A DNA stretch of 64,000 nt from Phallusia mammillata (taxonomy: Eukaryota): the NCBI GenBank assembly GCA_965637545.1, contig OZ281495.1, positions 19,282,001-19,346,000 of the forward strand, given 5' to 3'. Both the position numbers and the translations under genes were made by a program. Within the stretch, counting starts at the first letter, position 1, and the number at the start of each line of letters is the position of its first letter. This document shows, piece after piece, positions 40,848 through 55,000 of this stretch. The notes below the pieces were generated by a model. It did not search any database and was not told the DNA's origin. It was given only the letters and a program-made list of their open reading frames with translations.

Positions 40848-43003
40848 CGGGACAAGTTTTAGTATGACCCTACGAGATTGTTTACGAACATATAACGATG
40901 CCGCGATGTACGCCCCGAGTTATTGCGAAACAATGCATTTGTGACATGGAGTGAAAAGGTTGATAGGGAATATGGAAATACTCTTTTCAAAAAAAGTGAA
41001 GACTTTTGCAAAAAGACGCAGGATGTCGGCATGCTCACTTGGTTATCTCCAAGTTTATGACTCTAATCTCTAGTCAACATTGTTTCATTTCTTGCTTTTT
41101 GACGTAATTGATGTTGTTGTCCTCGTATTTTTCGTTACACTTGCCGGTGACGTACTTTTCGTCACATTATTTAACAAGCGCTGTATCAGTTACACTATTT
41201 TCACCTTTGCTTCTCGCTCGCAATTTCAACATTGTTACGCATTAAGACGACGTTTGTGATATTCTCTTATATTTCACTTGGCCCAGCTTTGTCGAATTTT
41301 TATTTGGAATTCGATTTTTGTTGTGGTTAGTTCCTTGCAAGTCGTACTATATATCCCTGCTCCTGATAATAGTATTCGTGAACGAGGAAACATGTTTGCC
41401 CCAGAATAAACTGGTTGTGTGACGCCATATTTGTTTTGCTCTTCGTGTCCTTACATCTTATTGTTTTAAATCCAAAATACGACAAGCGTTGTTGCTGTAA
41501 TTTTTGCAGATTATTAACTTGTGTTCTCCAGTATAAAGACGAACTTCACATATTTTTTGCCAAAACACACAAAAAAAAATAAAAAACGATTTGGTTTGCA
41601 AGTATTAGGCACTTTTGCTCACATAAATTTAGATGTGCAATATGTTTCTGTTGGCCAAGTTGTGCCGTGGTATACAGGAAATTGACAATTCGTTAATTTC
41701 CAGACAGTATTTAACAAACATGCTTTCACGAATTTCGTACATTTGACAGTGTTGTGCCGATAAAACACTCTGTACGTTTGATGACCTGTTGTTTGTTTTT
41801 CTGAAATAAATTAAACAAGTATCGTACCCTTGTTTTTGATGATGGTTTTATAAAACTGCACACGATCACTCAACTTTGTGGTTGGCCTATTAAAAGACTT
41901 TCGTTAGATTTCCTTCATAGATTTTTAACCAAAACAACACGGAATTTTACCGTCAATGGCTTAAAAACCCTGTAACAATTTTCAAACTCACAAATAGCTG
42001 TGCAAGAATTTGTAATTTAATTTTTAAGATAATTCGTCCAAATGACTTTTACCGACTCTAGTCCTCATATTACTACATCTGAAAGGACCAAAACCGCGAC
42101 ACTTTCAATTTCTCGAAACCACAGTGGGGACATATTGATGGCATGGTAATATAAGGGTTTTAAATGTTAACGTGGTGAGACATTTTTCGCTTTGCTTGAA
42201 TTACCTGGGAAGAAATTTTTTTGTTTGCTGGATGCCAGATGGCAAATTTCCGGACATTAGTGCATTTAGAAAGTAGCCTAAAATGCGAACACCGATTTTC
42301 CGCGAAAATTCCGGACATACCGCACAAATTAATCACTTTGCTATGAAAAGAGACGTTTAAACAATAACAATAGATAAACCGAGCAAATAAAAGACAAAAA
42401 CGTTTGGGGAGAAACCTCGACCAAAACAAAATAATGTTTCATGCATGGGAAAGAACCACTTTTGCTTTTTTGCTAAAATAAGGCACAAACGGTTTAACTT
42501 CTAAGGTACAACATAAATTCAAAACAAAATTGAATTGTTTTGCTAATAATTATCTATTATAACATCAGTATTTTCAAACAAAATTATTGTTTTATAGTTT
42601 AAGTAAAAATATAAGTTAAATACATCATCCAAAAATGTCAAAAGTAGCTACAATGGAATATTATGTGGTCATTTTTTAAATGGTACCTTATTTTATGGTA
42701 CCATTTTTTTTTCAGATTAACAACTTACTTTGTAGAGCATTCGCAAATCTCTGTTGCACTGTAAAGTGTAACGTAACGTACCCTGTTGCAAGAGAACGTA
42801 CAAAAATTGGTTGTTTAATGTTTATGTTATTCTGGATGCGGTATATATGTTTCCTGTTGTTGAGTGATGTGAATTGTTGTGCGACTGTGTGTATAATAAT
42901 GTCAGTTGTTTGTTATTTGTTTTTAATAATGGTACAAGCGTCACTTATTTTATGCAGACTGCTGATTAGCCGTTTGTGTTGTGTCCTATCTGAAAAGGTT
43001 AAA

Positions 43004-46000
43004 ATGGATAAAGTTGAAGAGGAATTTATGCAATCTGAAGACACGAATCGAAGGTCCACACAGGTACAACATTTTGTTTTATTTCAAACATATGTTGTAA
43101 AATTATAATGCTATAGTTCAAGCATTCAAATTCAACTCACATTATTCATGGGTTATTAAATAAAAAAGTTGAATTAAAATAGTAAATGTAAATACTTTTC
43201 CAAGATAGTAGTTTTCTTCAAAAAAATTTGTTATTATTATCTTATTGAAAAGGTTATCTTTTTGAAAAGGAAACCATAGTAAATTTTAGGCCACAATCAA
43301 ATTAAGATGAATGGAAAATCTGAGGCACCTTATTTTTAAAGGAGGGCTTCCAACCAGGCAATACAATTTTATCAAGTTTTTAAAAGTCATCAAAATACTA
43401 CCATTGGAACCTGGAGTTATATGCAAAATATTTCTTGGGTTTCTACTTCTACATTTGATTATGTTTCAGATTACATAAGTAGTTTTTTTTGACATTATTA
43501 TGTTGTTAATTCTAACATTTGTTTGTTATGATTTACTTCATGGCTTGTACACATTACGTAATAAGACTTATAAACAAGTTGGACATTTATTCATGATAAA
43601 TGTTGTTTTCACAGGACCAGAAACAAATCATTGTTGGTATATGTGCTATGGCAAAAAAAACTAAATCCAAACCTATGCAAGAAATATTAAACAGGCTGGA
43701 TATGTTTGAGTACATTTCTATTGATGTATTTGATGAGTCGGTGATTTTGAACTCTCCTGTTAGTGAATGGCCACACTGTGATTGCTTGATATCTTTTCAC
43801 TCAACAGGTAACTTGATGAGTGGTTAAGATTTAAACTATGTATTTTTTATCAATCTTTATGACCGCACTTAAACATATTTATGTTAATTTCACATTAAAT
43901 AGATATATGGATTGTATAGTGTTTAAAAAAATGTATGTTTTAAAATGTGTTTGAAGCACATCTCTGCTGAACTGAACAAAACAATTGCTCATCACTTCTA
44001 TAAATTTCATTTCTATACAATTGATTTAGGATTTCCCTTGCAAAAAGCTTTGGAGTACACAGAACTGAGGCAACCATTTTTGATAAATGACTTGCAAGCT
44101 CAATTTAACTTGCAAGATAGAAGAATTGTGTACAAAATGTTACAGCAGAATGGAATAGAAACTCCAAGATATGCTGTGTGTGATCGCAGTAGTGGTAAAG
44201 GTAAGTTTGCACTTTATGCTTATTCGATTAAAAAATTGTTTGGGCCAATGTCTGCTACAATACATGTGTTATTTAAAGAAGGAATGTGTCGCTTGGTTGT
44301 TGTGCAAATGATCTGAAACTGGCATTTAACCATTTTTATGTTTATACCTTCGCACACTGGTTTTCTCTTAAGAATAATTTTGTAACATTTTTGGTCAATA
44401 TTATAAATTCCATGTATTTGAATAATATGCTTCACGTTTGCAAAATGTTTACCTTTGTTTAAGGCTGTCACTTTGAGGAGTATGAGGATCATATTGTTGT
44501 TGGCAATGAAGTTTTCCACAAACCATTTGTTGAAAAACCAGTTGATGCAGAAGACCACAACATACACATTTACTATCCATCCTCTGCAGGAGGGGGATGT
44601 CAGAAGTTGTTTAGAAAGGTAATCTTTTGTGGTTTTTGTCTACAATATATTTAGTGTTGAACATGGAAAATGTATTTGTGACTTTTTTAATTTTTGTGTT
44701 TATGTTTATCAATACCAATAGTGCCCAGAGGTCTGACACCAAATGTAGCCATGGCTTTGGTAGTAATGTTGGCGGAAAAGCATATTTGCTAAAACATTTT
44801 GGTCCTTAATTTATCTGTAGTATTAGTTTGTTAAAGCCATCCTGTTTATTTGTGTCATGGGAATTCCCTTTACAACAAAGATATTCTTGTGTTAAAAGTA
44901 TTACTACATAGATTTTTTGCCAAATGGTAAATTATTCTGTTTAGTGATAAACAAAACCAGCCAGTGCATCTGATCATTAAATAAAAAAATGCTTTTCAGA
45001 TTGGAAATCGAAGCAGTCAGTATTCAACACAGAGTTGTGTAAGAAGGGCTGGCTCATACCTTTATGAAGATTTTATGCCAACTGATGGAACAGATGTCAA
45101 GGTATGCAAGTGTGAGTACATTACCAATGCAGGATCAAATGTCATTTTCTTGGGATGTTTGCAGGTATATACTGTTGGTGCTGATTATGCACATGCAGAG
45201 GCAAGAAAATCACCTGCACTTGATGGAAAAGTGGAAAGAGACAGTGAGGGTAAAGAAGTTCGGTTTCCTGTTATCCTTTCTGCCAAAGAAAAACTCATTG
45301 CAAGACAAGTCTGTCTCGCTTTCAAGGTAATTTACTTGACCCCATGCATTAATATAAAATGCTTTGTAACTTATTTCTTTTATAGCAAACAGTTTGTGGA
45401 TTTGACTTTCTCCGTGCACATGGAAAATCGTTTGTCTGTGATGTAAATGGATTTAGCTTTGTTAAAAACTCTATGAAGTACTATGATGATTGTGCAAAAG
45501 TTCTTGGGTGAATAGGCTTATTTACAGTATTTTTGGACTTTGATTGCTAGTTTTCTTAACAATATTAAAATATTTTTGGACATTGCAGAAATATAATCAT
45601 GCGTGACTTGGCACCTCAGTTCCACATTCCATGGTCAATTACAACTGATGCAGAAGATATACCCATTGTCCCAACTACCTCTGGAACTATGTAGGTCTTT
45701 GCTTAATTTTTTTTTGTTTTTTTGTACATCATTTTGCCTGAAACAAATCTTGCAGGATGGAATTGCGTTGTGTTATTGCGGTTGTTCGGCATGGTGATAG
45801 AACGCCCAAGCAGAAAATGAAGATGGAAGTTAGACACCAAAAGTAACTTTTATTGTAGTCTACATATATAGTGTACTAAAATAAGAGTAATACACGACAT
45901 TGTCATGTTGATAAAATTTGTTCCAGGTTTTTTGATCTTTTTACAAAGTACAATGGGCACAAAACTGGAAAACTAAAGTTGAAACGTCCAAAACAATTGC

Positions 46001-49000
46001 AAGAGGTGTTGGATGTGGCGAGAAGCTTACTGGCTGATTCAGATACAATTGTAAAAGAGAAATTAAATAAGCTTGAACAACTGAAAAGTGTTTTGGAAAT
46101 GTAAGCACCGTAAAGCTGGGTTTTGTTTAGTTACATCTTTTAGCCTTATTTGTGCACATTACTAGGTATGGACACTTTTCAGGAATAAATCGTAAAGTCC
46201 AGTTTAAGTATTTGTCAACTCGTACAATGACTTCAAGTTCGGAAGATGGTATGGCATTAAAAGGAATAGCCTTAAATTTATGAGCTGATTTGCAATCCTC
46301 CTTGTTAACAGATTTGCAGTGTTACTCTGGCCCATCACTGCTTCTCATACTTAAATGGGGTGGTGAGCTTACCCCTGCGGGAAGAAGACAGGCTGAAGAG
46401 TTGGGCCAGGCATTTCGGTGCATGTATCCAGGTGGCCAAGGTATGTATATCTGTTGTGACCAAATTAATATTGTTAATATTAATAAAGATCATTTTATTT
46501 CTTATTCTTCTTTTTCTATGTATCCACTGCTCTTCTGTTTCTTTCTTTTCCTTCTCTGTGTATAGTTTGTGGTGAAGTTAAAGGTGAGTTTTAAAACATG
46601 CAACCAAGCTAAATTCTTTGCAGAGCAATTTCAACTTATACAGACCAAGGCTGACCAACTGAAATGCGGTTGTGTGACAATTTGTTTCTAGTCTATTTGC
46701 ATGCCAATCAGGCAAAGCATGTAAAAATTCAAGAAGTGGTTTAAAATCAGAATCTGACATCTTGATTTACCAAATCTTGCTTTTAATTTCTATTGCCTGC
46801 TATTTGTTACATATCACTGTTACTGTCTTAAGACTTTACAACTTATCATTCTTGCTATTAGGTGATTATGCTGGCTTTCCTGGATGTGGTTTATTAAGAT
46901 TGCACAGCACTTATCGACACGACCTTAAAATATATGCATCTGATGAAGGCAGGGTTCAAATGACAGCAGCAGCCTTTGCTAAGGTGAATCTTTAGCGTTC
47001 AACCCTTTTGAATGTTCACTGCTCTAAAACATGTTTTTGTAGGGTTTACTGGCACTGGAAGGTGAACTAACACCAATACTTGTACAAATGGTGAAGAGTG
47101 CCAATATGAACGGTCTTTTGGACAATGAGGGTGACAATTTGAGTGACTGCCAGCAAAAGTAAAGGAAATTTTGTTATATTTTTTGTTTATCAAGCTTTGC
47201 ACATGTGGCATATTTTTTCTTGCTTTCGAATGCAGTTCTAGATAAACCTACATTTTGCACAAATGATTATTTTCTTTCGTTAATTTTTCTGTCTATGTGT
47301 GTCTCCGAGAGCCCTTTCAATTTTATTCACTTACATTATTTTATAAATAGCCTTCTTCACCGAGATGAAGATAGCAATGATCTTGTTGGGAAAAAGCAGT
47401 CTTTGTATGTTATGTTTTTGCAAGAATTATGGATGATGAAATTTGCATGTTGTGCAACAAAATGAATTTAATTTTGTTTTAGAATAAAGTATGGTTTTAA
47501 AAAAGTGGAAAAAATGGAAAAAGTAAAATTAGTATTCCCAACAACCATACAAAATTATTTCAGAATTATGCAACAAAATTTTTTTATTGAGACGTTTCAG
47601 ATATTAAATTAAACTTTGGTACTATTTACTTGAAAAAACATTTTCCAGATTTTTTCAAAGTAAATATTTAGTTGGGATAACAAAATTTTCACAAAAAGTG
47701 GAAAACTGTTCATACAAAAATATATTTGTGAAACAATCTTTCATTAAAGTTGACACACTAGTGCCTTTTCTAATTGAAATCTGCATGTTTATTATTGCAT
47801 TTTAATTGACATGCAATTCCCCTTGCTTGCATCAGTTGCATGCTTAAAATTTGAAACTAAGAAACAACATTTTTAAATTTGTTTTATAGCCTGAAGTTGC
47901 TTTAGTTTATTAAACAATTGATACCTAAAACTCTATGCACTGCACTAGTGATGCTTTTTTGAACATTCCAAACCATACACCAGTATTGGCTTTTTAAAGT
48001 GAAATGTCTGGTTTTGATGCCCTGCTTGCATACTGGTGCATTTAGCCCTGTTTAAGTAGCACCAGTACCATTATACTATCTTGAAGCTTTTAGAAAACTA
48101 AAATTAGGAAACAGAATATCCCAGATAAGCTAATTCCAATATGTGTGTAGTGTGAGTAACACTTCTTTGTGTTTCCAGGTTTGTTTTGACAGTTTCTGCA
48201 GATTTTCCAAGGAACAAACCTAACTTGCATATTTGTTTTTTACACAGAGTAAAAGCAAAGCTACAAGATTTGCTAAACAAACGAGCTACTTTAACTGATG
48301 ATGACTTTAAACAGGTACTTCAATTCTTTTTAGTGAAGTGTTTCTTTTATAAAAGTAATTAGTGTTTTGGACTAATTTTTTTATTTACTGTCCTTCAACA
48401 TAATAAAGAAAAATCTTGTTTGTCATTTGATATTTTGTTAAAGTTTGTTTGTATTTGTACAGATTGTCCCACTTCAGTCATCATCTGTATTAAAAGCAAT
48501 TAGATTTGTTGGCAATCCAAATGAAAAATGTACCAAGATTTACAACCACATGCAGTCATTAACTTCCCAAATGAAAAAGTTATTGTCCCAAAAAGATAAA
48601 GGTACTGTCACTGATGACATTGCATATTGTTGCTACAACTTGCAAAGTCTAAAACGTGTCTTAAATTTCTCAACCAGGAATGCACTCGTTGTATCACAAT
48701 GAATCATTAGAAATCATGCTGCAGCGGTGGGCCAAGCTTGAAAGGGACTTCAAAATGAAAAATGGCTCTTTTGACATCAGCAAAATACCAGATATATATG
48801 ACTGTATAAAGTAAATCAATATCATAGAAAATTATTGTTGGTATGTTTTAGTATCAAAGTGTTGTTTCTGTAAACATTAAGATATTACTTTACATGTCAC
48901 ATTTATTAAAGAGTCTCAGGTTTTGGACTCAGGTTTAAATCATTTTGCCATAAAGTAAACGTTTTTAGCTGCATGAATTTTTGTTACCAAAGTGATAGAT

Positions 49001-52000
49001 TGTAAAATGAAAGCTATGATTTATTCTTGTGTTTTTGTTGCAGATACGATTTACAACATAATCGAAACCTTGGCTTGGATAAATCAATTGACCTTTACAG
49101 AGACTCTAAATCCCTAGCTGATGTTGTAATACCACAGGTAATCACATTTAGCAATATTGACAAAATAGCTGAAGCCATTAATACATAAACATTTTTTTTA
49201 GGAATATGGCATATCTCGAAATGAAAAACTTGAAATTGCATTAGGATATTGTGTTCCACTGCTTCGCAAAATGAGGGTTGACCTACAACGAAATCTTGAT
49301 GAAGACACATATAGGCTAAACCCAAGGTAGATTTCATAATGTGTAGCTGCCTTCTAAATGAACCCTGCATTGCTGTCATCACTAGATACTCACGAGGGGT
49401 GCTGTCACCAGGTCGTCATGTGAGAACTCGTCTGTACTTCACAAGTGAAAGTCACATTCACTCATTACTTACTGTGCTTCAGTATGGAGGACTATGCAAT
49501 GTATGTTTTCATTTAATACATCACTGATAAATCTAATAAACAGCCTTTATATTTTCCCATCATCAGTATTGAAAAAGGAAGGAAGCATTTTATGATCATC
49601 AGTTATAATGCTCCTGTGTCAAACTTCATTTGTCGTTTAATGTTATTACAAAATTCCATTGTATATTATGTGCAAAGCAACTTTTGTTGTGTTTCATAAC
49701 TAAAGCATATTTTACTTCCCATAATCATCTGGATTTTGAAACTTCTGAGAATTGCTAGACTGGTAAACTTTGCTCATTAATGTCAGCAAACATTTCATTG
49801 TGTGCTGGTTGTCCTTGTGAAAGTAAAACGTAGTTGTGGCTTTCTGGAAATTCTTTTGGTAAAACCTTTGCTGTTGTGTTCACATGTACAACTGGTGCAC
49901 TCAAGCTTTGCTGAATTGTGACCTCAATCGAAATAATACAATAGTAAACACAAACCAGTTATGTCTTACATAATTTTACAACATATCAAAATGCACATTG
50001 AATTTTTAGGGGCCTTTATTGACCTGATAAAACTTTGAACACATTTTTATTTTGGTTTAGGAAAAAGAAGATTCACAGTGGAAGGGAGCCATGGAATATG
50101 TTGATGCTGTTTCTGAGCTGAACTATATGACCCAGGTGTGAATTGCTTAAAATAGGTCAAGCATTTTTGCTTCCTTTTTAGGGGTGGTAACTGACAGTAC
50201 TGTATATGATGTATTTTTTTCTTAGATTGTAATCATGTTGTATGAAGATCCTAATGAAGATCCACAATCAGAAAAGCGTTTCCATATTGAACTTCATTTT
50301 AGTGCTGGTGCTAAAGGAAATCAGCCAGAAGAAGATTTTCCTCAGGGTGGAGGGTTTCGACCAGGATCTAAACCACCAAGCCGAGCGGTAGCTACTGTGA
50401 AAAAGTTAATTTATTGTTCTTAGTTCGCACTGCAATGTTGGAAGCAGTTAGGATTATCTATTATGCACTTTACACGTGAAAAAATGTTTAACAAATTATA
50501 TGTTTTTTTGTAATAGTAGAAGCAAGCTATATTTCATGAACAATATATTTTTCACACCATAACTTTGGTTTCCTAAACTACAACAAATACGGCAATTTAA
50601 AGTTAGCTTTTAAAGTAAAAATATGTTTTTATTACAGCATTCTCCTGTAACAAAATCACCAGAGCGGAAACAAGATGCTAATGACAATCTTAAAAGTGAA
50701 GACAAGGTATATTGAAGTGTTTTTTCACGTTTTTTTTATTGATCCCTTTGAAAAGAACGTAATGGTTTAATAGGAAGCAATGCTTCTGAATTAAAATCAG
50801 TTATTAGGAAGATTTTAACGTTGAATGGTCATAAACATTAACATGCCTACACTTAAAGAGATAGATCCTGTGTAAACCAGTATTCTTTACCTTTATAAGG
50901 GAACTATTTATCATTTGCGCTTTCAGTCACCCATATTTCTACAAATTAATCAAATACATCTGTTTTAAGTAGAAGGTTGACCAGGGGCATCTAACCTTTT
51001 GTTTTTACTGTACAAGAATTAAGATGAGACTTGTAAAGAGAAGTCAGTCAATCTTATACGATTAAGATGACTTAACAAGCGCTATAATATTCAATACATC
51101 TACATGTGTGCAGGATTTGCAAAAGGCAGTCTTTGGGAAGAAACAAATTTCCCTTATGCAAGCCTCAGTAGATGAGGAAGAAGTGGATCATTTATCAGAT
51201 ATGTTGCACACTGCTGTAGTTTTGGCATCATATAAAGCAGCACAGACTATTACAAGTGCTTGTAGCATTTACCAAGAACAAGCAAATGAAAGTCGCAGAA
51301 AGTTAACTGTTAGGTTTCGATCAAATGAATCAGTTTATGATTATAACAAGGTATGTAGGTCAGCAACTATTGTATTAGCAGTGTAAGTCTAATTCATAAT
51401 TGAGCTCAATACTCGCTGCAGTTAAGGCAGTGGTTCTTAACCGGGGTTCGGCAACGCTAAATCTGGGGTTCGACGGAGGTATTTTTTTTGTGTTTGTGCA
51501 CATTTGCAAAAATACAATGCTTCATTTTGATAAAAACTAAAAATTACCGGAATTAAAGCAATCCTGAAACAAGTTGTTTGTATTATTATGTCAAAATTTA
51601 ACAAAATGACAAACAGTAACTGTTGCCACTATGTTTGTTAAAAAGCTAATTGTGACACACAAAACAAAATGGGTTAAAAATCCAGGATGTAACTCGTTGG
51701 GGTTCGACTAAAGGCTGAAGAATATCAGAGCGGTTCGGCCGTGATAAAAAGGTTAAGAACCACTAAGTTAAGGTGTTCCAAGTGATACTATTTTTACAAT
51801 CTCCTAAGTATAATTTAAAGTTTAAACACACATGGCTTTATAGCAGAAACAGACATTCTAAGATAGTAAAAAACATATAGTTTACAACAGGGGTCTCCAA
51901 CTCAAACTTTGTCCAGGGCCAATTTTCTGCGTTGAAGCCGCGGGCCACATGCGCCCTTAGATGCCAAAATGTAAGACCTTTATACTGCACGCTATACCAC

Positions 52001-55000
52001 TCTATTAACATTCAGCTCTTTCCAAACTAAAGTCTTTGGCCATTTAGTTGTTGTCGCTTCTATTATATCAAGGCTTTTTTCATTTCATCAAAGGTAACAA
52101 TGAAAGCAATGTCTGTGAAGTCACAAATCACTCGTAGATAATTAATATGTGTAACCAAGCAAATGTTATTTCGGTGAAATGAATCCTAAGAGCTGTAGTA
52201 ATAAAAGCGAAAATTACTTTTAACGGCTTTAAAGATTTCGTTTTTCTTTAATTAGCTTTAGCATTGAATTTATCTTGGATGCGAGTCCAGGTCCGGGAAA
52301 TTACACAATGTTTGTTATGAATATGAAATGGTTTTTGTCCTAGGCATCTGAAACAGTCTATGAGGCATACTCACGTGTCAATAATATGTTGGTTGGCCTT
52401 TATAATAGTAAGAGTTCCTCATCCATGAGCTAAACCTATCCAGTAAACACAAAGAACCAGACTGATTCTATAGTTTAGGTTTTCATGATCAGACAATATT
52501 CACATTATTTCATCATAATGAATCACAAAAGTTGACTTTTTTAACTTAGTGATATACTGGTGTGAGTTAAAGTTTCATATATTTTCCTTTGCTGAACACT
52601 CGACGGGTGAGTAAAACAAAAAAAGTTGGTAATCTTTGACAAGATACGAATTTTTTTTTGCTAATGACGCCGCGGGCCACGGAAAATTGCCTCCCGGGCC
52701 ACATCAGGCCCGCGGGCCGCATGTTAGAGACCCCTGGTTTACAACATAACAGTAACCAGCCCTAAAGGTTACCAGAATGGGGTTTGTTGTATTAAAACCA
52801 CTCTTACAGAAACGTCCATTGTTTTATACGGATTCTGAGGAAGAAGAGTCGGATGAAGATGATGTGATTAATGATGATGGTGGTGATGAAGATGAGGATG
52901 AGGATTTCAAAAATACATCAAATGCTGTGAGGGCATTTTTGCGAACAAGTAAACCTCATCGATCCGCTCCACCACCTGCTGTGCACATCAGACAACCGGT
53001 AAGTAATTTTTAGTGTTTTAGCTGTGTTTGCTTTGCCAATGAAATAATTTACCCTAAAAAAATTATGGCAGTTTTCGCCATTTGATATTTATGGGTCCCC
53101 TTCCCTGAAGCATCTTGATTTCACTCAGTTTTTTTTTTCTCCGATGAAGTTTGTCCATGCACTTTTGGCTTGGAATCTTTGGTGCATTCGGATGAAACTT
53201 TTACAGATGGTAGATATAGTTATGCAGATGTGTCATTTGCTTCGTTTGACTTGATAACCCCAATATTTACCCCGCTAGACCCCAAAGTGTAAAACGTTTT
53301 TGTATGTTGCGTCGCACCACAAACGAAAGATTTTTGTGGTGTAACAGTATAGTAAAGGCACCAGTACATATGGTACTTGTGTTTGTGCATTACTTGGTGG
53401 ACGTTTTCCTATATGCCAGTCAGAGGGGTGTCAACAGCCTTATGACGTGAGAAGCATTGAGGAATGTTGTTAATAACACCTCTAGTGGTCAGAATTTAAA
53501 CATTGTTCGATTTTGATGAAATTTTACATGACTGTTGATTGGGTCATCATGGTTTCATATTTTATACTTTTGGGTGTTAAACCCCATCAATTACCCCACT
53601 GATCCCCTGAAAAGGGTGAATTTTTAAAACATTGTCCGAATTTGATGAAATTTGGACAGCTTATAGCAAGGGTGGGCAAACTTTTCAGTGCAAGGGCCGC
53701 ATTCAAAAGTTCTAAATTTCAGGGGGCCGCATAGTAACCCAAAATATTAACATACAAATACGTTTGTTGCCACTCCATTGATCGTGCAAACATTGTTTGA
53801 AACGCATCAATTCTATTTTTTTTAAAACCAAGGGGCATTTATTGCAACATAGGCTGCACTACGTGTTTTTGTTAATAAGTTACTTTTGTATCCATCTTTA
53901 CTTTTGTGCGGGTAACGATTTTATAGCCGTGTTCAATGTCCGTTTGCAAAGTACTGCAACGGCCTAAACTTGATCCAAGGTGACCAAAGTTTTGGTGTCA
54001 ACAGTGTAAAGTAGGCTGCATTTGAAACCGTAAATTGTTTTTACTTTTTTTCCACGCCGTAACAAATTACCAAAAACTAAATCGTTGTTAAAATTGCTCA
54101 TTCTGCAAATCGTCTATTCAACACGTAGATGCGTACTAAAGACCTAAACCAAACGTCCGAAACTGAACTTAGGAAATTGTGTCAAGTGACTATTTGCAAA
54201 ATTACGTGGCAGAAACAACAGGCTGCAGGCCTGCAGCACGCAAAAAAGTATCTGCGTTTAGTCCCAAAGTATTGTACGGGAACAGATACTGCATCTGGTA
54301 TAGGTATCCGCAAGTCGCACTCGAGTATCTTTTAAAACTCTACGCCTATGCTCATGATACTATTTAGCGGTGCTCGGTAAGCTTCTCTTTCAAATTTACT
54401 AACGTTTGGCGAGCCGCATGAAATCCTTTGCCGGGCCACATGCGGCCCGCGGGCCGTAGTTTGCCCACCCCTGGCTTATAGAGACACTGTCGTCCCAACA
54501 TTTACCCCAGTAGCCACCCAAAATGGGCCCATTTTGTAAACAATGTCAGAATTGAATGAAACTCACATAGCTTGTACAATGTGCCATTTATAGGTGTAGA
54601 ATGTCGTGTTTAACCCTGTTGCCTCAACATTTACCCCACTAGCCCCCCAAAATGGTTCAATTTTTTAAACAATGTATGAATTAAATGAAATTTGGACAGT
54701 TTGTTGAGTGTACCATTTGTGGGTGTTGGTTGTTGTGTTAAACTCTGTAGTACTAGTACCTATCATTTACTCCACTAGACCCCTACAGTCACGTGCAATT
54801 CACCATTAATAGGAGCTGATTGTTGTGTTTTGGCCTATTTTCTCACTATTTAACACTTTTTTCTCAGATAGTCATAAAATAGAAAAACCTTAATGAATGT
54901 ATGAATAGAATGAGTTTAAATAGTTTGTATTCCATATAGCATATTTATTTATGCACAGTACCGATCAATGTGTTTGACGTTACAATGCCAAACTTTCTCA

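Noticed and set aside
45102-45164. Stop-free 63-nt (3n) PPIP5K intron
   Set aside because: Retention would insert 21 aa into the conserved DVK|VY kinase core, and short stop-free introns arise often by chance.
51990-52600. Possible transposase remnant inside the 849-bp hAT
   Set aside because: The frames I translated are heavily interrupted and I recognised no hAT catalytic or dimerisation motif.
52760-52809. ORF-track start ([11 protein letters not shown]) and upstream AGs as the start of PPIP5K exon 25
   Set aside because: Those AGs lack a pyrimidine tract or have the wrong phase. CTCTTACAG| at 52809 is stronger and is phase 0, matching the previous exon.
54222-54237. Perfect 16-bp palindrome GCTGCAGGCCTGCAGC
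   Set aside because: It lies inside a hAT element and is probably part of a nested, decayed repeat; there is no independent evidence of function.
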